Of a stretch of DNA of 64,000 nucleotides, positions 13,261 to 29,387 are shown one piece after another. Origin of the DNA: Eledone cirrhosa (lineage: Eukaryota); contig OZ024757.1 in assembly GCA_964016885.1 (NCBI GenBank), forward strand, positions 40,796,001 to 40,860,000, in the 5' to 3' direction. The notes under the pieces are model-generated. The model ran no database searches and was not told the DNA's origin. It saw only the letters and a program-made list of their open reading frames with translations. A program made the position numbers and the translations under genes. How positions within the stretch are numbered: position 1 is the stretch's first letter; every line of letters starts with the position of its first letter.

Positions 13261-13997
13261 TTTTAGAATATCGTAAATATTCTACATCTAAAAAGCAAAT
13301 ACATTTATATGTTCAGTTGTGTGAAATGACATGATACAAAATTAAACTTGAAGCAAAAACAGAATCATTAAATAAAATAAATAAGAATAAAATACACTTA
13401 CTTTCATGTCGGTATATCCTCCAGTTTTTAAAGTTTTTTTTAAAGAAATGTTCTGTTTTAATGTTCATATGAATCTTTAAAATTGTATCCGAAAATGTTG
13501 TAACGAAATAAAATTTTCATTTTATAACTTTGATTATATCCATAAAATCTTTTAAATATATAGTTTAGAGAATAACGAATTTGGATTTCAGAAAGGCATA
13601 TTCTTTTTTTTTTCAGAACACGACGCTGCAATTATAACTTATATGTAGATGAGACATTCAACTTTTTTTTTAAGATTCAAAATGTCGGCATTTATTTAAG
13701 GCGCATGTATTTTTTTTTTTTTTTTTTCGTTTTGTATATAATGCTTCCAAATTTAGACACGTATATCAAAATGGTTTGTATATTTCAAATTTTAATCTGA
13801 AGCTTGCTTTTGTTAAATTCCGTTCCAGAGCTAAAGAAAAACAAAATAGAGAAATAAAATGCCGTATGTTTAAATATAGGGAAACTTATTTTAATGTTTG
13901 TAGTTATTTTCAGATAAAAGACTTTATATCAAGCTGGAACAAAAAAGAGTTTCAATTGCAAAAATATCCATAGGCATTCATGTGATTTATATATACA

Positions 13998-14045
<48 letters not shown>

Positions 14046-14151
14046 TATATATGTAAAATTAACTCTACATACTATATATGAATTTATGAGCCATTAGTTC
14101 ACTACATATTTAGCGCATTTATCTTGTCAAACAAAACCATAAAAAAGAAGC

Positions 14152-14209
<58 letters not shown>

Positions 14210-14563
14210 GACTGTAAGTGTTTGGTGAGTTCTAATGTCGAACCCGGCTGGTGAAACAAGAGCTAAGTTGGCAGCATCATATCTTCTTTCGTTTCATTGT
14301 CGGTACCTTTGTTAAGGGAATGTATTAGCAAATATTAATTTGACGGACATTTTGTTTTTGCCGTAACGACGGACTGGTCGCTTTAGATTTCTAGAGATGT
14401 ATCATTTGCGTGTTGCGTCTACTGGAATCTGAAGTAATATAACTAAAACGCAGAGGCTATGGAATCATGGGAAACATTTTATGATTTTATTTACTTATTT
14501 TTATCGTCTGAAGTAGGCCAGTTTCCGGTCTGAATGTTATATAAATATCTATACCTATATATG

Positions 14564-14622
<59 letters not shown>

Positions 14623-14867
14623 ACGAATACAGGCAAACATATATATATATATGTGTGTGAGTGTAAGTGCATGTGTGTTTTATTCTGGAATTCTTTGGCG
14701 AGGTTAGTTGGGCTGTTTGATTGGATGGTGTGGGCTACACAGTACACTAACATGTTACAAGATAGTCCCGCCTTCAAAGAAAAAAACATAAAACAAACCT
14801 CAGCAAAGAAAATCTATACAGGCATACATCTTTCTTACACACTTTCATACATACTCACTCGTTTTAT

Positions 14868-14944
<77 letters not shown>

Positions 14945-14984
14945 TATGTGTGTGTAATTATATATTTGTATATAAATGTATATG

Positions 14985-15033
<49 letters not shown>

Positions 15034-15087
15034 GTATGAATGGGTGTATATTTAGATATATGTATATATATACATATATATATATAC

Positions 15088-15162
<75 letters not shown>

Positions 15163-15668
15163 CTTAGATATGAAAATATATTTATGTGCTGCAGTTGGGA
15201 TGGAAATTATTTTTTTATTCTTATAATACATATTGCAATTTCCACTATTCCTCTACTTCCTATAAAAATATTCTTTGGCAGACATGATCAGGAGAAGAGG
15301 CAGCTCCGCCGTTGTTGAAGCTAAGAAGTCCTGCTCCATATTCCATTTGTGTGCCAAAATATATCTAAAACTTCTCATTTAGTTGCATCTCTATACTTTG
15401 GGATTGTAAGCACACTATCAACTGTCCCACCACCCATTTCATTTTCATACGCCTGATAACATATACGTGCTTACAGAAACACACATACACACACACTCAC
15501 ACACACACAATCACACGCTCACACACACATTCACACATACAGAGAGAGGCATAGACATTCATTTATAAACTAAGACATGTAGAGTGAGAAATACATATAT
15601 AAATACATATATAATGCTCTCATATACACACACACATTTATTATGCACATATACATATATGTACACAC

Positions 15669-15700
<32 letters not shown>

Positions 15701-15707
15701 GTGTATA

Positions 15708-15758
<51 letters not shown>

Positions 15759-15942
15759 ATATATATATATACTATATACATATATGCATATATATGTATA
15801 TACATATTATATATATAGTATAAACATATATGCATGTGTATGCATATATATGTATATATTTGTATGGAAATGTACTTATTTAAATCGATATATAAACAAA
15901 ATATATGTACATTGTGTATGGAAATCAATACACACCAATATA

Positions 15943-16018
<76 letters not shown>

Positions 16019-16111
16019 ATATTTATATATCTGTGTAAGTATAAATCTATATGTACGATTCTATTCAATGTACTTACGTATATCTGCATATATATATATA
16101 TATATATATAT

Positions 16112-16160
<49 letters not shown>

Positions 16161-16174
16161 CATATATATATATT

Positions 16175-16226
<52 letters not shown>

Positions 16227-16678
16227 TACATATATACATATGTTATGTACGTTCGACATCTTAAAAATCATTTCATTGTATTCTGTACTTTAACTCGTCC
16301 AATTTAGCTGCTCTTTTAAGAATACATTGATTCCTACACAGACACATAATGGTTTTAGCTTTACATACAACCGATATTTACCGAGTATTTTAATGTTCTT
16401 ATCTATATATTTTCCTTCAGTCTTCTATTTATTTTCCATTCAATATTTTTTTGTTGTTATCTCTCAGTTATTACGTTTTTTATTTTATTAATTTAGCGAA
16501 AATATTTCTCTCGTTTCTTTCTCTATATATACTCTCCACGTCCTTCATTTAAATTCGATAGAAGTAGTTGGATTGCCATTAAGTTATAAACTCTTCGGTT
16601 CAAAGATGAATGAGGGAGAAATAGGTGTAAAGGCAGATAGGGGAGTATATATATGTATGTATATATATATATATGTAA

Positions 16679-16720
<42 letters not shown>

Positions 16721-16766
16721 TGTATGTGTATGTATATGCATATATATATATAATATATATATATGC

Positions 16767-16990
<224 letters not shown>

Positions 16991-17043
16991 AGATATATAT
17001 GTACGTATGCATGTATATGATATTTACACATCTAGAAAGAAAG

Positions 17044-17121
<78 letters not shown>

Positions 17122-17481
17122 GAGAGAGAGAGAGAGAGAGACAAAGACATAGATGGACAACGAGAGTGATAAGTAGATAGATAGATAGATAGATTTATAG
17201 ACTGAAAGCTAGGTAGATACATAGGTAGCAAGAAGGTAGAACAGGAGGTAGGTAGGTATGTATGTAGGTAAGTAAGTATGTAGCGAGATAGGTAAGTAGG
17301 TAGGAAAGTATGTAGGTAGATAGACAGGAAGGCATTAGCCGCCATTTTGCTGTGTAAAGGAATGTGGATTAGAAATGTAGGCAAACACAATGTCCGATAC
17401 GAAGAGAGTAGACAGAGCAGAAGTGGTACAAAAACATTAGTTTATGAATTTAAACACATGTCAGTTGATACAAAAAGACAG

Positions 17482-17541
<60 letters not shown>

Positions 17542-17543
<2 letters not shown>

Positions 17544-17740
17544 CGAAGGAAATGTGGTAAGGAACCATGTGGACCATAACGCACCAAAGTACTCAATACT
17601 TAGGGTAGTAGAGTGGGTAATAGGAAAAAGTAAGACCCCGACGGCTGAGCTCAAGCCGTTTCGACGGAATTAGCCGAGCGTCCAGAATTAGCCGTCGAAA
17701 CGGCTTGAGCTCAGCCGTCGGGGTCTTACTTGTTCCTATA
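17542..17740 (+). mobile_element. Family D element, full hairpin form
   Basis: (TA)n-ACGAAGGAAATGTGG...TAGGAAAAAGTAAGACCCCGACGGCTGAGCTCAAGCCGTTTCGACGG-loop-CCGTCGAAACGGCTTGAGCTCAGCCGTCGGGGTCTTACTTGTTCCTA-(TA)n. Confidence 0.85.
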
Positions 17741-17745
17741 TATAT

Positions 17746-17807
<62 letters not shown>

Positions 17808-18392
17808 GAAATGTAGTTGCTATTTAAGGTAACTTAAAATGCAGTGGGAATACGACCTGTTGGTTTTCAGTTCAATTTATTATAAATTTCTGGTTGGTTG
17901 TTTGGTTCGATAAATGACCTCTACATAGCAGAACTGTTTCATTCGTATGGATTCGTATGTATATATATTTAGCTTCCCGTCCCCACGTAAAATTTGTAAA
18001 TCAGTGGCTAGTTGAGAGATAGAGTCCTATAGAGTGCCAGTTGCTAATAGCTTTAACCTGTCAGTCGTCACAAACATTCATGGCCGGCACAGACTGGTCT
18101 TAGGATTCTGTCGATTGATTGGTTATTGATTAGGGATACCCACTGATGAAGCCGCATAAGCCGATTGTGCATTGTTGCATAATATATGCAGACAGATGGT
18201 GCAGTGCACCTTACTGCTGCATTAGTGCGGCAGAAACTCGAGTCCGGGAACCTTATAGGCACCCGTTTTACGTGCGTTGTGTTGAAGCAATAACTTTGTG
18301 TATACTCTGGGAATGTATCTTACATTGCCCATGGAGTGCGCTGAGATACAACCTGTCCTGGCATTGATAAATATGCTGGGTCCGTCAACCCT

Positions 18393-18429
<37 letters not shown>

Positions 18430-18463
18430 TAATAAATGGAAACTATATTTATAAAACCATAAT

Positions 18464-18529
18464 TATTTTATTATATATATTTCAAGGGCGACCAAGGTAA
18501 ATTATAGTGCGCTTTCATCAAATAAAATA
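18464..18529 (-). ncRNA. Hammerhead motif with U3·G8 core
   Basis: Minus strand reads TATTTTAT-TTGATGA-AAGCGCACTATAATTTACCTTGGTCGCCCTT-GAAA-TATATA-TA-ATAAAATA. The 8-bp stem I is identical to that of the 35-105 motif. Confidence 0.65.
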
Positions 18530-18662
18530 CAGATTTGTTTTATAAATAAATATTGACATACCCGGAAAAAAGACAACCTCACCGGTTGAAATTCGCTGGA
18601 TAGTCGAGTGATTTATATCAGTTATAAAAAAATGTTTAAGCTTTTAAATTAAATATTACCTC

Positions 18663-18711
<49 letters not shown>

Positions 18712-18714
18712 ACG

Positions 18715-18753
<39 letters not shown>

Positions 18754-19161
18754 AGCAATGTATGTATTATTCGAGGGAGAGAGAGGGACCGAGAGAGAGA
18801 GCAAGAAGGAGAAAGGTCCTAGAAACTTCGAAATATCTAAATGAATCTTTCTCTATCTCTATGTTGTTGTTTTTTATATATATATTCATATATTTTATGA
18901 GTGAACGCCTACTGACATAACAAAGGCAAATATGCATTGAACGATTAGCTGTTGATGCTCCCGATGATGATGCAGGTGGGGCTGGGTTAGGATTGGATGG
19001 AGTGGGCCGTGGTGGGGTGAGGCGGTGTCGAGTGAGAGAGAAAATTGTCTAGAAATATATAAAGAAAATTATACAACACACACAGAATGTCGAAAAACAA
19101 ACGGAGTTACTTCAGCAACAACAAAAAAAAAATACGGAAAATGTAGGTATATAGCAGACAA

Positions 19162-19250
19162 TACTACTGCTGCTACTACTACTACTACTGCTACTACTGC
19201 TACTGCTGTTACTACTACTATAACTACTGTTGCTGCTGCTGCTGCTGCTG

Positions 19251-19321
<71 letters not shown>

Positions 19322-19377
19322 GCTAATTCTTCCGTTACTAATACAACTACTACAACTACTACTATTAAAGCTGTTGA

Positions 19378-19424
<47 letters not shown>

Positions 19425-19570
19425 TTACTACTACTACTATTGCTATTTATATTACTACTACTACTACTACTACTACTATTATTACTACATCTACTACTAC
19501 AATAGCTGCTGCTGCTATTACTACCACCACCACCAATACTACTACTAAAACTACTACTTCCACTACAACA

Positions 19571-19605
<35 letters not shown>

Positions 19606-19606
19606 A

Positions 19607-19638
<32 letters not shown>

Positions 19639-19652
19639 TACTACTACTACTA
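19162..19652. repeat. Degenerate (ACT)n/(GCT)n trinucleotide tract
   Basis: Visible directly; the source of the poly-Thr, poly-Leu and poly-Val ORFs. Confidence 0.9.
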
Positions 19653-20188
19653 GAAATGATGGCGGCGAAAAAGAAAGAGAAGAAAGAAAGAAAGAAGGTC
19701 GAGAATGAAGCCGATGAAAAAGAAGAAGAGTATTAAGAAGGTAAAAAGCAAGATGAACAAGTAGTAGAAGAAGCCAGAATGTCGATATATAGGAGAAAGA
19801 GAGGATAAAGATATACAAAGAAATACAGAGAAAAAAAGGAAAACAGCGGAATATAGACGTAACCAAGAGAAGGGCATCTTTCAACGTCTACCAACCTAAC
19901 ATTTTCATAAAAGTCTTACAAAGATAGAAAGAAAAAATAACTAAGAACTACAAGACAAACCAATCTAAGAAAGACGAAAGAAGTTTGGTTAGATTTGCCG
20001 GCAGTCTTTAAAGTCTTAGCTAGATAGATAGTGATCTATTCCATCCACACATCGAAAAATTCTATGTAACTAATATATCTTGCTACTTATTTTTAACCCA
20101 ACCTCTTACATTTTCTTTCGTTTACTATATATATATATATATATATGTATAAATGTGTGTGTGTGTATATACATTTCTATAAAAGTAC

Positions 20189-20238
<50 letters not shown>

Positions 20239-20358
20239 CCTTATTACTGTGCAATGTATTATATAAAGGCTCTCGTTTATTATTATCATCGTTCATTATA
20301 TATTTGGCAAATGCAGCTATAATTTTCACATTATATATATATATACATACATGCATAC

Positions 20359-20434
<76 letters not shown>

Positions 20435-20599
20435 ATATATTATATATATTATATATACCCACATATATATATATATATATGTGGCTCATATATCTGTGTT
20501 ATTCTTTGCTTACTTTTCACCTTCCTTTTTCCTTAGTCCGCCATACTTCGTTTGCAGGCAAATCCCGGCCAGACACAAAAGTTCAAATGTTTATATCTA

Positions 20600-20677
<78 letters not shown>

Positions 20678-20749
20678 TAGATATATATACATTTATATAT
20701 ACATATACATATATATGTATGTACGTATATATATATATATGTATGCATG

Positions 20750-20804
<55 letters not shown>

Positions 20805-20980
20805 GTACATACATATATATGTATATATATATATGTATATATATACGTACATACATATATATGTATATATATATATATACGTACATACATATATATGTAT
20901 ATATATATACGTACATACATATATATGTATATATATATGTATATATATATATACGTACATACATATATATGTATATATAA

Positions 20981-21080
<100 letters not shown>

Positions 21081-21847
21081 ACTAATATATATATATTTCC
21101 ACCCGATTCTTTTAAGTAGAATTTATATTCTTGCCTTCGTGGCAACATCTTTTCTTTTTTATTTTATTTTTTCTCCTTTCATGTATCATCTTTTAACTGT
21201 TCTTTTGTATGTGAAATAACATAAGGAGAGATTATTTCTACGGTATCTTCCTTCTTTCGTCTTCTTTTGAAAGTCTTTATTCTTTCTTTATTACTTATAT
21301 GTATATTATTTTTTTATTTTTTCGTCTAAGCTTTTCATTTTCTTATCAAAGTCGAACTGAATTTTCGCCTTCAATTTTCTAAGGTCAGTGAAATATAATT
21401 GAGAGAATAGACTGGAATAAGAAATTCTCAGTTCATCGTCCGAGTGTCAATGTTAAGATCAAGGACAAAAGAAAGGTTGAATCAATTGATATCGCGTATC
21501 AAGTTGACACGGAGTTAAGTTTTTTTTTTTTTGTATTTTTCTAAATTATCATTTTTTGTTACTACGAGAAGAAATTCCGGAACCTGTATTATCTAAGAAC
21601 TGTGACCACACTTGACATTACAGTTCGAATATTCCTATCAAAAATTAAGTCTATTCGTAGGTTGATTCTAAGTATTAAATGTAAAATTAAAAAGCCCCTC
21701 TGGTAGTGTTTTAGTGTCAAGGACTTGGCAGAGGGCGTATCTTCGTTGTTTTAAAACTGGGGAATCACTCCCCGACTTTGGTTCGTAATATAGTCGAATT
21801 TCTTTTGAGAGGAAAGATAGAGAGAATGAGAAAGCGAGAGAGAGAGA

Positions 21848-21886
<39 letters not shown>

Positions 21887-21940
21887 GGAGATGTGAGAGA
21901 GAGGAGGATGTGTGTGAGATACAGAGATAGAGAGAGACAT

Positions 21941-22019
<79 letters not shown>

Positions 22020-22323
22020 TGTTTCTTTATTAGCCACAGGGCCACAAAAGAAGGGGACAAATACAAAGGGGGAAGTTTACATACAATAAAAACGTGTAAA
22101 ATGCTATCACAAATGCAGTTTAAAAATTAATCGATTTTTCCCAATAGGGGGATACATTTCATATGGGTAACACAAACCCCCGAAAAAATGTGCAGCCCTC
22201 ATCTCCAGGAGTACGAAGTGTTTGTACCCCTTTCCTCTCTTCCTCTTTTTCCTCAACCTACAGGCGGATATAGAGAGAAGGCCCATTCACTCGGGCTATT
22301 CTCGCCACTTTTACCCATGAGAC

Positions 22324-22414
<91 letters not shown>

Positions 22415-23799
22415 ATAGATAAAAAGATAGGCGAATATGAGCGAGAGAGAGAGAGAGATGGGAAATTAGGGTACGTTCTCGAGGACGAAGCGTCTTCGGC
22501 GCCGGGAAATACGGTATTTCAACAGCCACCTAATCTCACTGGGTGCTTCTTCCTCACTAGGGTAAATGTCATGCTGATATTGTATACAAGGAAATCAGCA
22601 ATGCGGTGACCAATGACGTCTGATGCCTAGAGGGCGATTCATATCAAAATAGAAACGATTGGTCATATTACTTGATATTTGCAAGAATTTAACGATATTA
22701 CATTATATTATATTCTTCCATTTCACACCTGTTGGACTCAGTGTGTCTCGCCAACACAATTATGGAAATATAACAATGGATATACAAACTAATTATTTCT
22801 AAATAAGATTACATATCAAAGAGTGTACACAGAAAATATTTCATTACTGTAAACAATACAAATTATGTCTAGACTGGTATCGATTATCATAGTTGAATGT
22901 ATTCAGAAACTGACGACAGACATAAAAAAACATGGTGTATGCTATGTTAAAAAAATAAAGAATGTTATACGCCATTAACACCAATGCAGAACAAGGAAAA
23001 ACAACTCAAAATGTCTTCTTCCTTTATATAAATACGTATTTTTTCACTGTAAGTGATAAAATATCTATCCTATATATATATATAGGATATCCTATATATA
23101 TATATACCCCTCTCACCAGATGGCCTCAAGTAGACCGAATAGCCAGTCAATTTGGAAGGCGTGTGTGTGTCTGTATCTCTGTGTGTATATATATATATGT
23201 GTGTGTATGAGTATGTGTGTACATATGTATATATATGTATGTATATATATATATATATGTGTGTGTGTATGTATGTGTGTGTGTGTGTGCGTGTATGTGT
23301 GTGTCATTTGTTGAGATATTTCTGATTTCTAATTTAGACACAAGCCTAGCAAATTTGCTTGAGGGCAACGTTGATTAAATCAACCCCAGTACATTACTGT
23401 TAATTCCACGAGAGTATCATAGTCATGCTATGAACATTTCATCCAACTTTCATATGTTAAAATAAGGTCCAATATTCTATACATTAAAAAAATATATATT
23501 CAATATAAAAATGAATAACAAGACAAAGCTCTCTGGCAAATAAAAGGTTGATACGTAGGCGAAATATTTCTCATTAGTGTATTCTTGTTAGCAATTTAAA
23601 GGATCAGATAATTTTAAATTTGAATCACAGCATTACTGAAAATCTTTTCTTGTTCAATTTAAATACATAGTTCCCTAATGATTTCTTTACAAGCTTGTTA
23701 TTCATACAAACCCACACACATCGGCGTTTAATGACTTTAGGAAATATAATTGTCATTACTACAGTGATTATCAAAATATAATATTATTATATAATATAT

Positions 23800-23988
23800 G
23801 GGGTGGTGGATTGGCAGTATGAGTAGATGGTCGGACACCATGCTTTTCATAGTGTTACGGCCCTTTACGGTCTGAGTTCAAATCCTGCCGATGTTAACTT
23901 TGCCTTTCATCCTTACGGGGTTGATAAAATAACGTAGCAGTAACAGACTGGGTAATTGCTGGCCTTGTGCCAAAAGTAGAAACAATTA
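23800..23988 (+). mobile_element. SINE family 1, near full length
   Basis: TGGCAGTATGAGTAG A-box-like, GAGTTCAAATCC B-box, central GCCTTTCATCCTTACGGGG and tail GCTGGCCTTGTGCCAAAAGTAGAAAC. Confidence 0.8.
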
Positions 23989-24019
23989 TATAATATATAT
24001 ATATATGATGGCTTCAACT

Positions 24020-24437
24020 CAGTATCACAGGCATGGCTTTTTAGTCATGCTTGGGCCTTGCCTATGGCCAGCAATGATAAGCATCACAAAAGATGTCACA
24101 AATCAAACGAGGCCTGTGCTTGAAGCTTTACACGAGGTCAATCCCACTCTCTCAACATTGAATTCATTGTACATCATCGGTTGTAAAAGAAGTCGCAGGT
24201 TTTATATCAAAGTGACCTTCTCCTATAGAGATGTCTTAATGGAGACTAGGAGTCTCTCGCTCGACAAATATAAACTTATTGGATGGCTCTTAACTCTCCT
24301 GGGGTCGCCTTTTGAATGTTTTCGTTTTTCATCCCGCAGAATGTCTAAAATCAACTTCCTCACCAAATAATCTTGGGGGTTGCCGGTTTAATCGCCGACG
24401 ACCCTTGCACAGATTGTACTGGGTTACATGTTACCAG
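24020..24437 (-). mobile_element. RTE-5'UTR-like repeat, diverged copy
   Basis: The reverse complement aligns with 41763-42190 (TGGTAACATGTA.CCCAGTACAA, GGCGA.TAAAC.GGCAACCCC, TAGGAGAAGG...TGATATAA.ACCTGC, GAGAGTGGGA). Confidence 0.65.
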
Positions 24438-24959
24438 TAGCGCTGAAGAGCGACATGACATACATACAAACATAACGATGAACTCTCTAAGACGATTATC
24501 TAAGGAAGAGAATTCGTGACAGACAGAATTACCGGGATTGACAGCATAGCTATGTCAAGCACAAGGACTTTTCCATAATCACCAGAGATTGAGGTCGCTT
24601 GTGCAACATTCAACACTGCAATGACCGAACGGACCTGAAAATGTTTAGGGTCCCATAGTGATAATAAGGGTGATGACAACGATGATGATGATGAAGATAT
24701 ATCATAGTTATTTCCTTCGGTGATCAGCAAGTGCGCGTCTGTTGAAGACAGTTTTTAAAAAGATATTTTAAGCTAAATCATTACAGGATATTAAGAGTTA
24801 ATCCAGCTGATGATAAACTCATTGAGATTTTGCTGTAATATCCCGCTGAGATAATCTGCTTGTAATGAAGTGATAGAAAGAGAAAAATTAAAATAGGCTT
24901 AATGTAAGAGTAATTATTTCGAAGCGGCATATCTGCACTGAAATACACACAGCTCATAA

Positions 24960-25068
24960 ATAATTGTTTCTACTTTGGGCACAAGGCCAGCAATTAACCA
25001 GTGCATTACTGGTACTTTATTTTATCGACCCCGTAAGGATGAAAAGCAAAGTCAACCGCGGCGGGAAT
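24960..25068 (-). mobile_element. SINE family 1, 3' half
   Basis: Reverse complement of the central domain and tail. Confidence 0.75.
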
Positions 25069-25921
25069 AATATCTGATGAACGAAATATAATCAATAAGA
25101 AGACACATGTAACCACAGATTTACCCAACGGTGCACCCTGCTGGGTAACCAACTGTGTGCCCAGCAGGGACATACGATTTAAGCTTTAGCTTAATAAACT
25201 TATCTCTCAACTATATCTTTTATCAGACATTCTTTTTGTATTCGTTTTTCTTCTCGTATCTATTATTTACATATATATATATATGTGTGTGTGTGTGTTT
25301 GCATGTGTGTTTATGTATACATATTTATATCTTTGTGTCGATGTGTGTATGTATATATAAATGTGTGCATGTATGCATGTATATATATATAATTACACCT
25401 AGATATCCTGTAGTTTATCAGTATTGGACTATTTAACATCTCTCATCTTCTTAGATACTTTTCGCAGACTGCTGTGACTTATCACCTCTACACAGACTTA
25501 GAAATTATTTTAATAAAATAATAAATGACTACATAATACCACGGTAATTACTTTGCCACACTAACACCTCCGCCTACTCACCACATATAATAATTATTCG
25601 AAACATAATTCTACAAAGCAGCATTAATAATTGCCTCTTACCACATGTGTATACAGATCTGTCTAGATGTATGTTGCTCTCGAGATACTTGTGTTTTTAT
25701 TTATCTACCAGTCTCCTCTCCTTCAGTTCAGACTGTTGAAAATATCTGATTCATTATCCACTGTCTGGTGAGCTTTCTGTTGTGTTTGTTTGTATTTTTA
25801 ATTGGACTACATACTTCCTTCTATATATGTGTATATGGAAATAAGGTGGAAATAAGGTGGTAATGAATTACTGACCTTTCCTGTTTATAATTATATATAG
25901 TGTATATATAAGTATAAATAA

Positions 25922-26993
25922 TATTATTATTATTATTATTATTTGCATTTATCTTACTTTATGTTCATACGAGTTATCACCAAGTCACAACCAGTGACCT
26001 CAAGAGACAACAAGGTCTGCCATGTTCAAGAAAGAGCATAGATATTCACACATGCATCCTTAGTGTTTAGACTTGTGATGTACTTATATTGACAGGATCT
26101 TCCTTAGTATATGGGCAGTTCCCATTAGTACTATCTTTTGTATTTCTTCTATACGCGGGTTTCCTGGGATTTGCGATAAGTAGTCGTTAGACCCCTTAGG
26201 TATCATTCCCAGAGCGCCTACAACCACTGGTATTGTTTTAGTTCTCAATTTCCACATTTTTCCAATTTCTATCTCCAGGTCCTTATACTTGCTCAATTTT
26301 TCAAATGTTTTTATAGATACATTCTTGTCTATTGGAAGAGACATATCAATTAGCAGGCATACCCTCCTTTGAAAGTCCTTCAATATTATATCAGGTCTAT
26401 TTGCATCTATTTTTCGGTCTGTTTGGATGCTAAAGTTCCACAAGATTGAGATGTGATCTTTTTCAAGTATGGGAGGTGGTTGATGCTCCCACCAATTCTT
26501 TTGATGGGGCAGGTCAAAATGCTTACACATTATCCAATGTATGTATTGTGCAGCTCTGTCATGCCTGTTTAGGTATTCGGTTGGAGCTATAGGACTGCAC
26601 ATTGAAATTATATGGTCAATGGTCTCTGGTTGTTTTTTGCATACACGGCATAATGGGCTGCACCCCTTTTTTATTATGTTGGCTTGGTAATTTTTTGTTG
26701 GCAGACACTGATCTTGTGCCGATATAATCAGTCCTTCAGTCTCCGATTTCAGTCCAGAGGATGCCAACCACTGATGGGTTAAAGTTTTGTCAACATCAGG
26801 ATTGTTAGCTCGCTCTGGGTATTTTCCATACAGAGGCTTTTCTTGCCATTTCTTAGCCAGTTTCTGTAGCAGTTCTTTCTTTGCAGTTACTTTTACCTGG
26901 TTTGCTTTTTCTGTGTTTTCCATTTCAGCAGTAAATGGGACTTCTGAAATTTGTAGTCCATTACTGTATCTTTGTGCATCTTTTGTAATGGAA

Positions 26994-27047
<54 letters not shown>
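25922..27047 (-). mobile_element. 5'-truncated R4/Dong-clade non-LTR retrotransposon within (TAA)n
   Basis: ORF C-terminus plus a ~140-bp 3'UTR. Flanked by (TAA)n on both sides (25922-25942 and ~26994-27047). Confidence 0.85.
26084..26995 (-). pseudogene. C-terminal CCHC zinc knuckle plus restriction-like endonuclease of an R4/Dong retrotransposon
   Basis: CRVCKKQPETIDHIISMC (C-X2-C-X8-H-X4-C), RHD, NRPDI, IDMSLP and KLSKY motifs. The frame stays open upstream of the listed ATG (26923) up to the (TAA)n junction. The RT domain is absent. Confidence 0.88.
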
Positions 27048-27053
<6 letters not shown>

Positions 27054-27054
27054 G

Positions 27055-27387
<333 letters not shown>

Positions 27388-27497
27388 TATATATATATAT
27401 ATTTAGATAGGTATATATATATATATTTAGATAGGTATATATATATATATAGATATGTACTTATATATATATAGATATGTACTTATATATATATATG

Positions 27498-27583
<86 letters not shown>

Positions 27584-27584
27584 C

Positions 27585-27729
<145 letters not shown>

Positions 27730-27748
27730 GATATAGATATATATATGT

Positions 27749-27813
<65 letters not shown>

Positions 27814-28593
27814 ATATACATATACATGTGTTTGAATGCATGTCTGAGTGGGTATACTTGTATATATTTGTACGCGTATATGTCTTAATCATATATCTCA
27901 TATATGTCAGTTCATACTCATAACTCTATGTGATATCTCTATCATAACTCTATGTGATATCTATATCATAATCTCATCTATCTTAGAAAGATATCTAGGA
28001 TAATATGACAGATTGTTCATAAATTTCCCTGCGATTATGCTTATACCACTTTTGTTATCTCGTCTTTGCATAAGCGTCTCCTCACTGAAGAAAGAAGGTA
28101 AAGTTTTACATACCAGCACCAACACTACACACCGCCCATCCGACGTCACTACCACCACCACCTTTCAATCTGGTGCCAAGATATCTTATCTCATTCAAGA
28201 GGTTTCACGTTGTGTATTTTAGAACTTTGCCAACTATATGTCAGCGTAAATGAATTAACACCCATCCCCCTGTACCATTACCGCCGCAGAGCCACCAGCA
28301 CCAGTATCACCATCACCACCAACACCTCCTACGCAGTACAACTGGAAGAATTATTGCTGTTGTTGCTGTTATTGCTGTTATTGCTGTTCTCAATACTACT
28401 GCTGCTCGTTGCTTGCTGCTTCTACTCTGCTTGCTGCTACCATTATTATCGTTGCTGACTAATTAGTCGAGAATAAGTACGACGGGCTTGAAGGGAAAAT
28501 TGAGACCAATGGGAATTAAATTCTAACGCAAAATGCTTGAAATTACTAAATAACTGAGACTAGATGGTTCTAGCAATATATATATATATATAT

Positions 28594-28667
28594 TTATACT
28601 GCTAGAATAAATATAGATATATATATATATAAATTTGTGTGCGTGTGTATGAATATTATATATATAA

Positions 28668-28763
<96 letters not shown>

Positions 28764-28799
28764 TTATATATATAATATTCACACACACGCACACAAATT

Positions 28800-28870
<71 letters not shown>

Positions 28871-28883
28871 TCTAGCAGTATAA
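28594..28883. repeat. Fold-back inverted repeat centred on (TA)n
   Basis: TTATACTGCTAGAATAAATA...AAATTTGTGTGCGTGTG...AAGTA is mirrored on the far side of the (TA)n tract. Confidence 0.85.
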
Positions 28884-29387
28884 TTTGTTGCACTGAAATT
28901 CTCTCCTTGACAAGGTGCCACGTAATTGCCTGTGTTCGTTCTCGTAGTTTACCGCGTGTGTTATCTCGCCTGTGGTGGTGGGATATCACCCACTTCTGTG
29001 TAGATAGAAGTGTCGGCACTTTCCCTTATCTCACTCTAAGTTGAGTTGTTAAGATGTCTGACCTATGTGGCGAAGGTAAGTGTAATAAACTGGATTACCA
29101 TCCAGCTTCTGATATTTCACAAGTTCATTAGAGAGCTAAGTGAAATAATTATATAGATATTTATAAACATACATGCCTTCACGTGTATACATATTTGTGT
29201 GAAGGCATTTATAATAGTTAATATATGTATGTGCGTGTGTGTCTAGGGGGGATCAGTGAGTTTGAAAAAGAGTGTGCCCCGAGTACAATCGGTGGTACGT
29301 AACAATATGTTACAAAGCATGTTGTCTGTCACTTTACCAATGCTACCAAGCAATCCGCCGCCTTACTATATATATATATATATATAT

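Noticed and set aside
14505-14545. CTGAAGT-AGGCC...GGTCT-GAAT and similar strings (25075-25095, 32700-32735, 33690-33725, 49636-49650)
   Set aside because: They have core mismatches and/or no stem I or stem II, and cannot be distinguished from chance.
17692-17730. Family D GAAA-CGGCT-loop-AGCCG-TC resembles a hammerhead stem III with a GUC site
   Set aside because: No CUGANGA, stem II or stem I partner is present in any copy, so it is only half a motif.
18060-18390. GC-richer unique stretch with short ORFs
   Set aside because: No recognisable motif, splice pattern or second copy.
19025-19708. 227-aa Thr-rich 'mucin-like' ORF (also 38969-39274 and the Asp-rich 46651-47235)
   Set aside because: These are trinucleotide microsatellites open in several frames and on both strands, with no splice or domain support.
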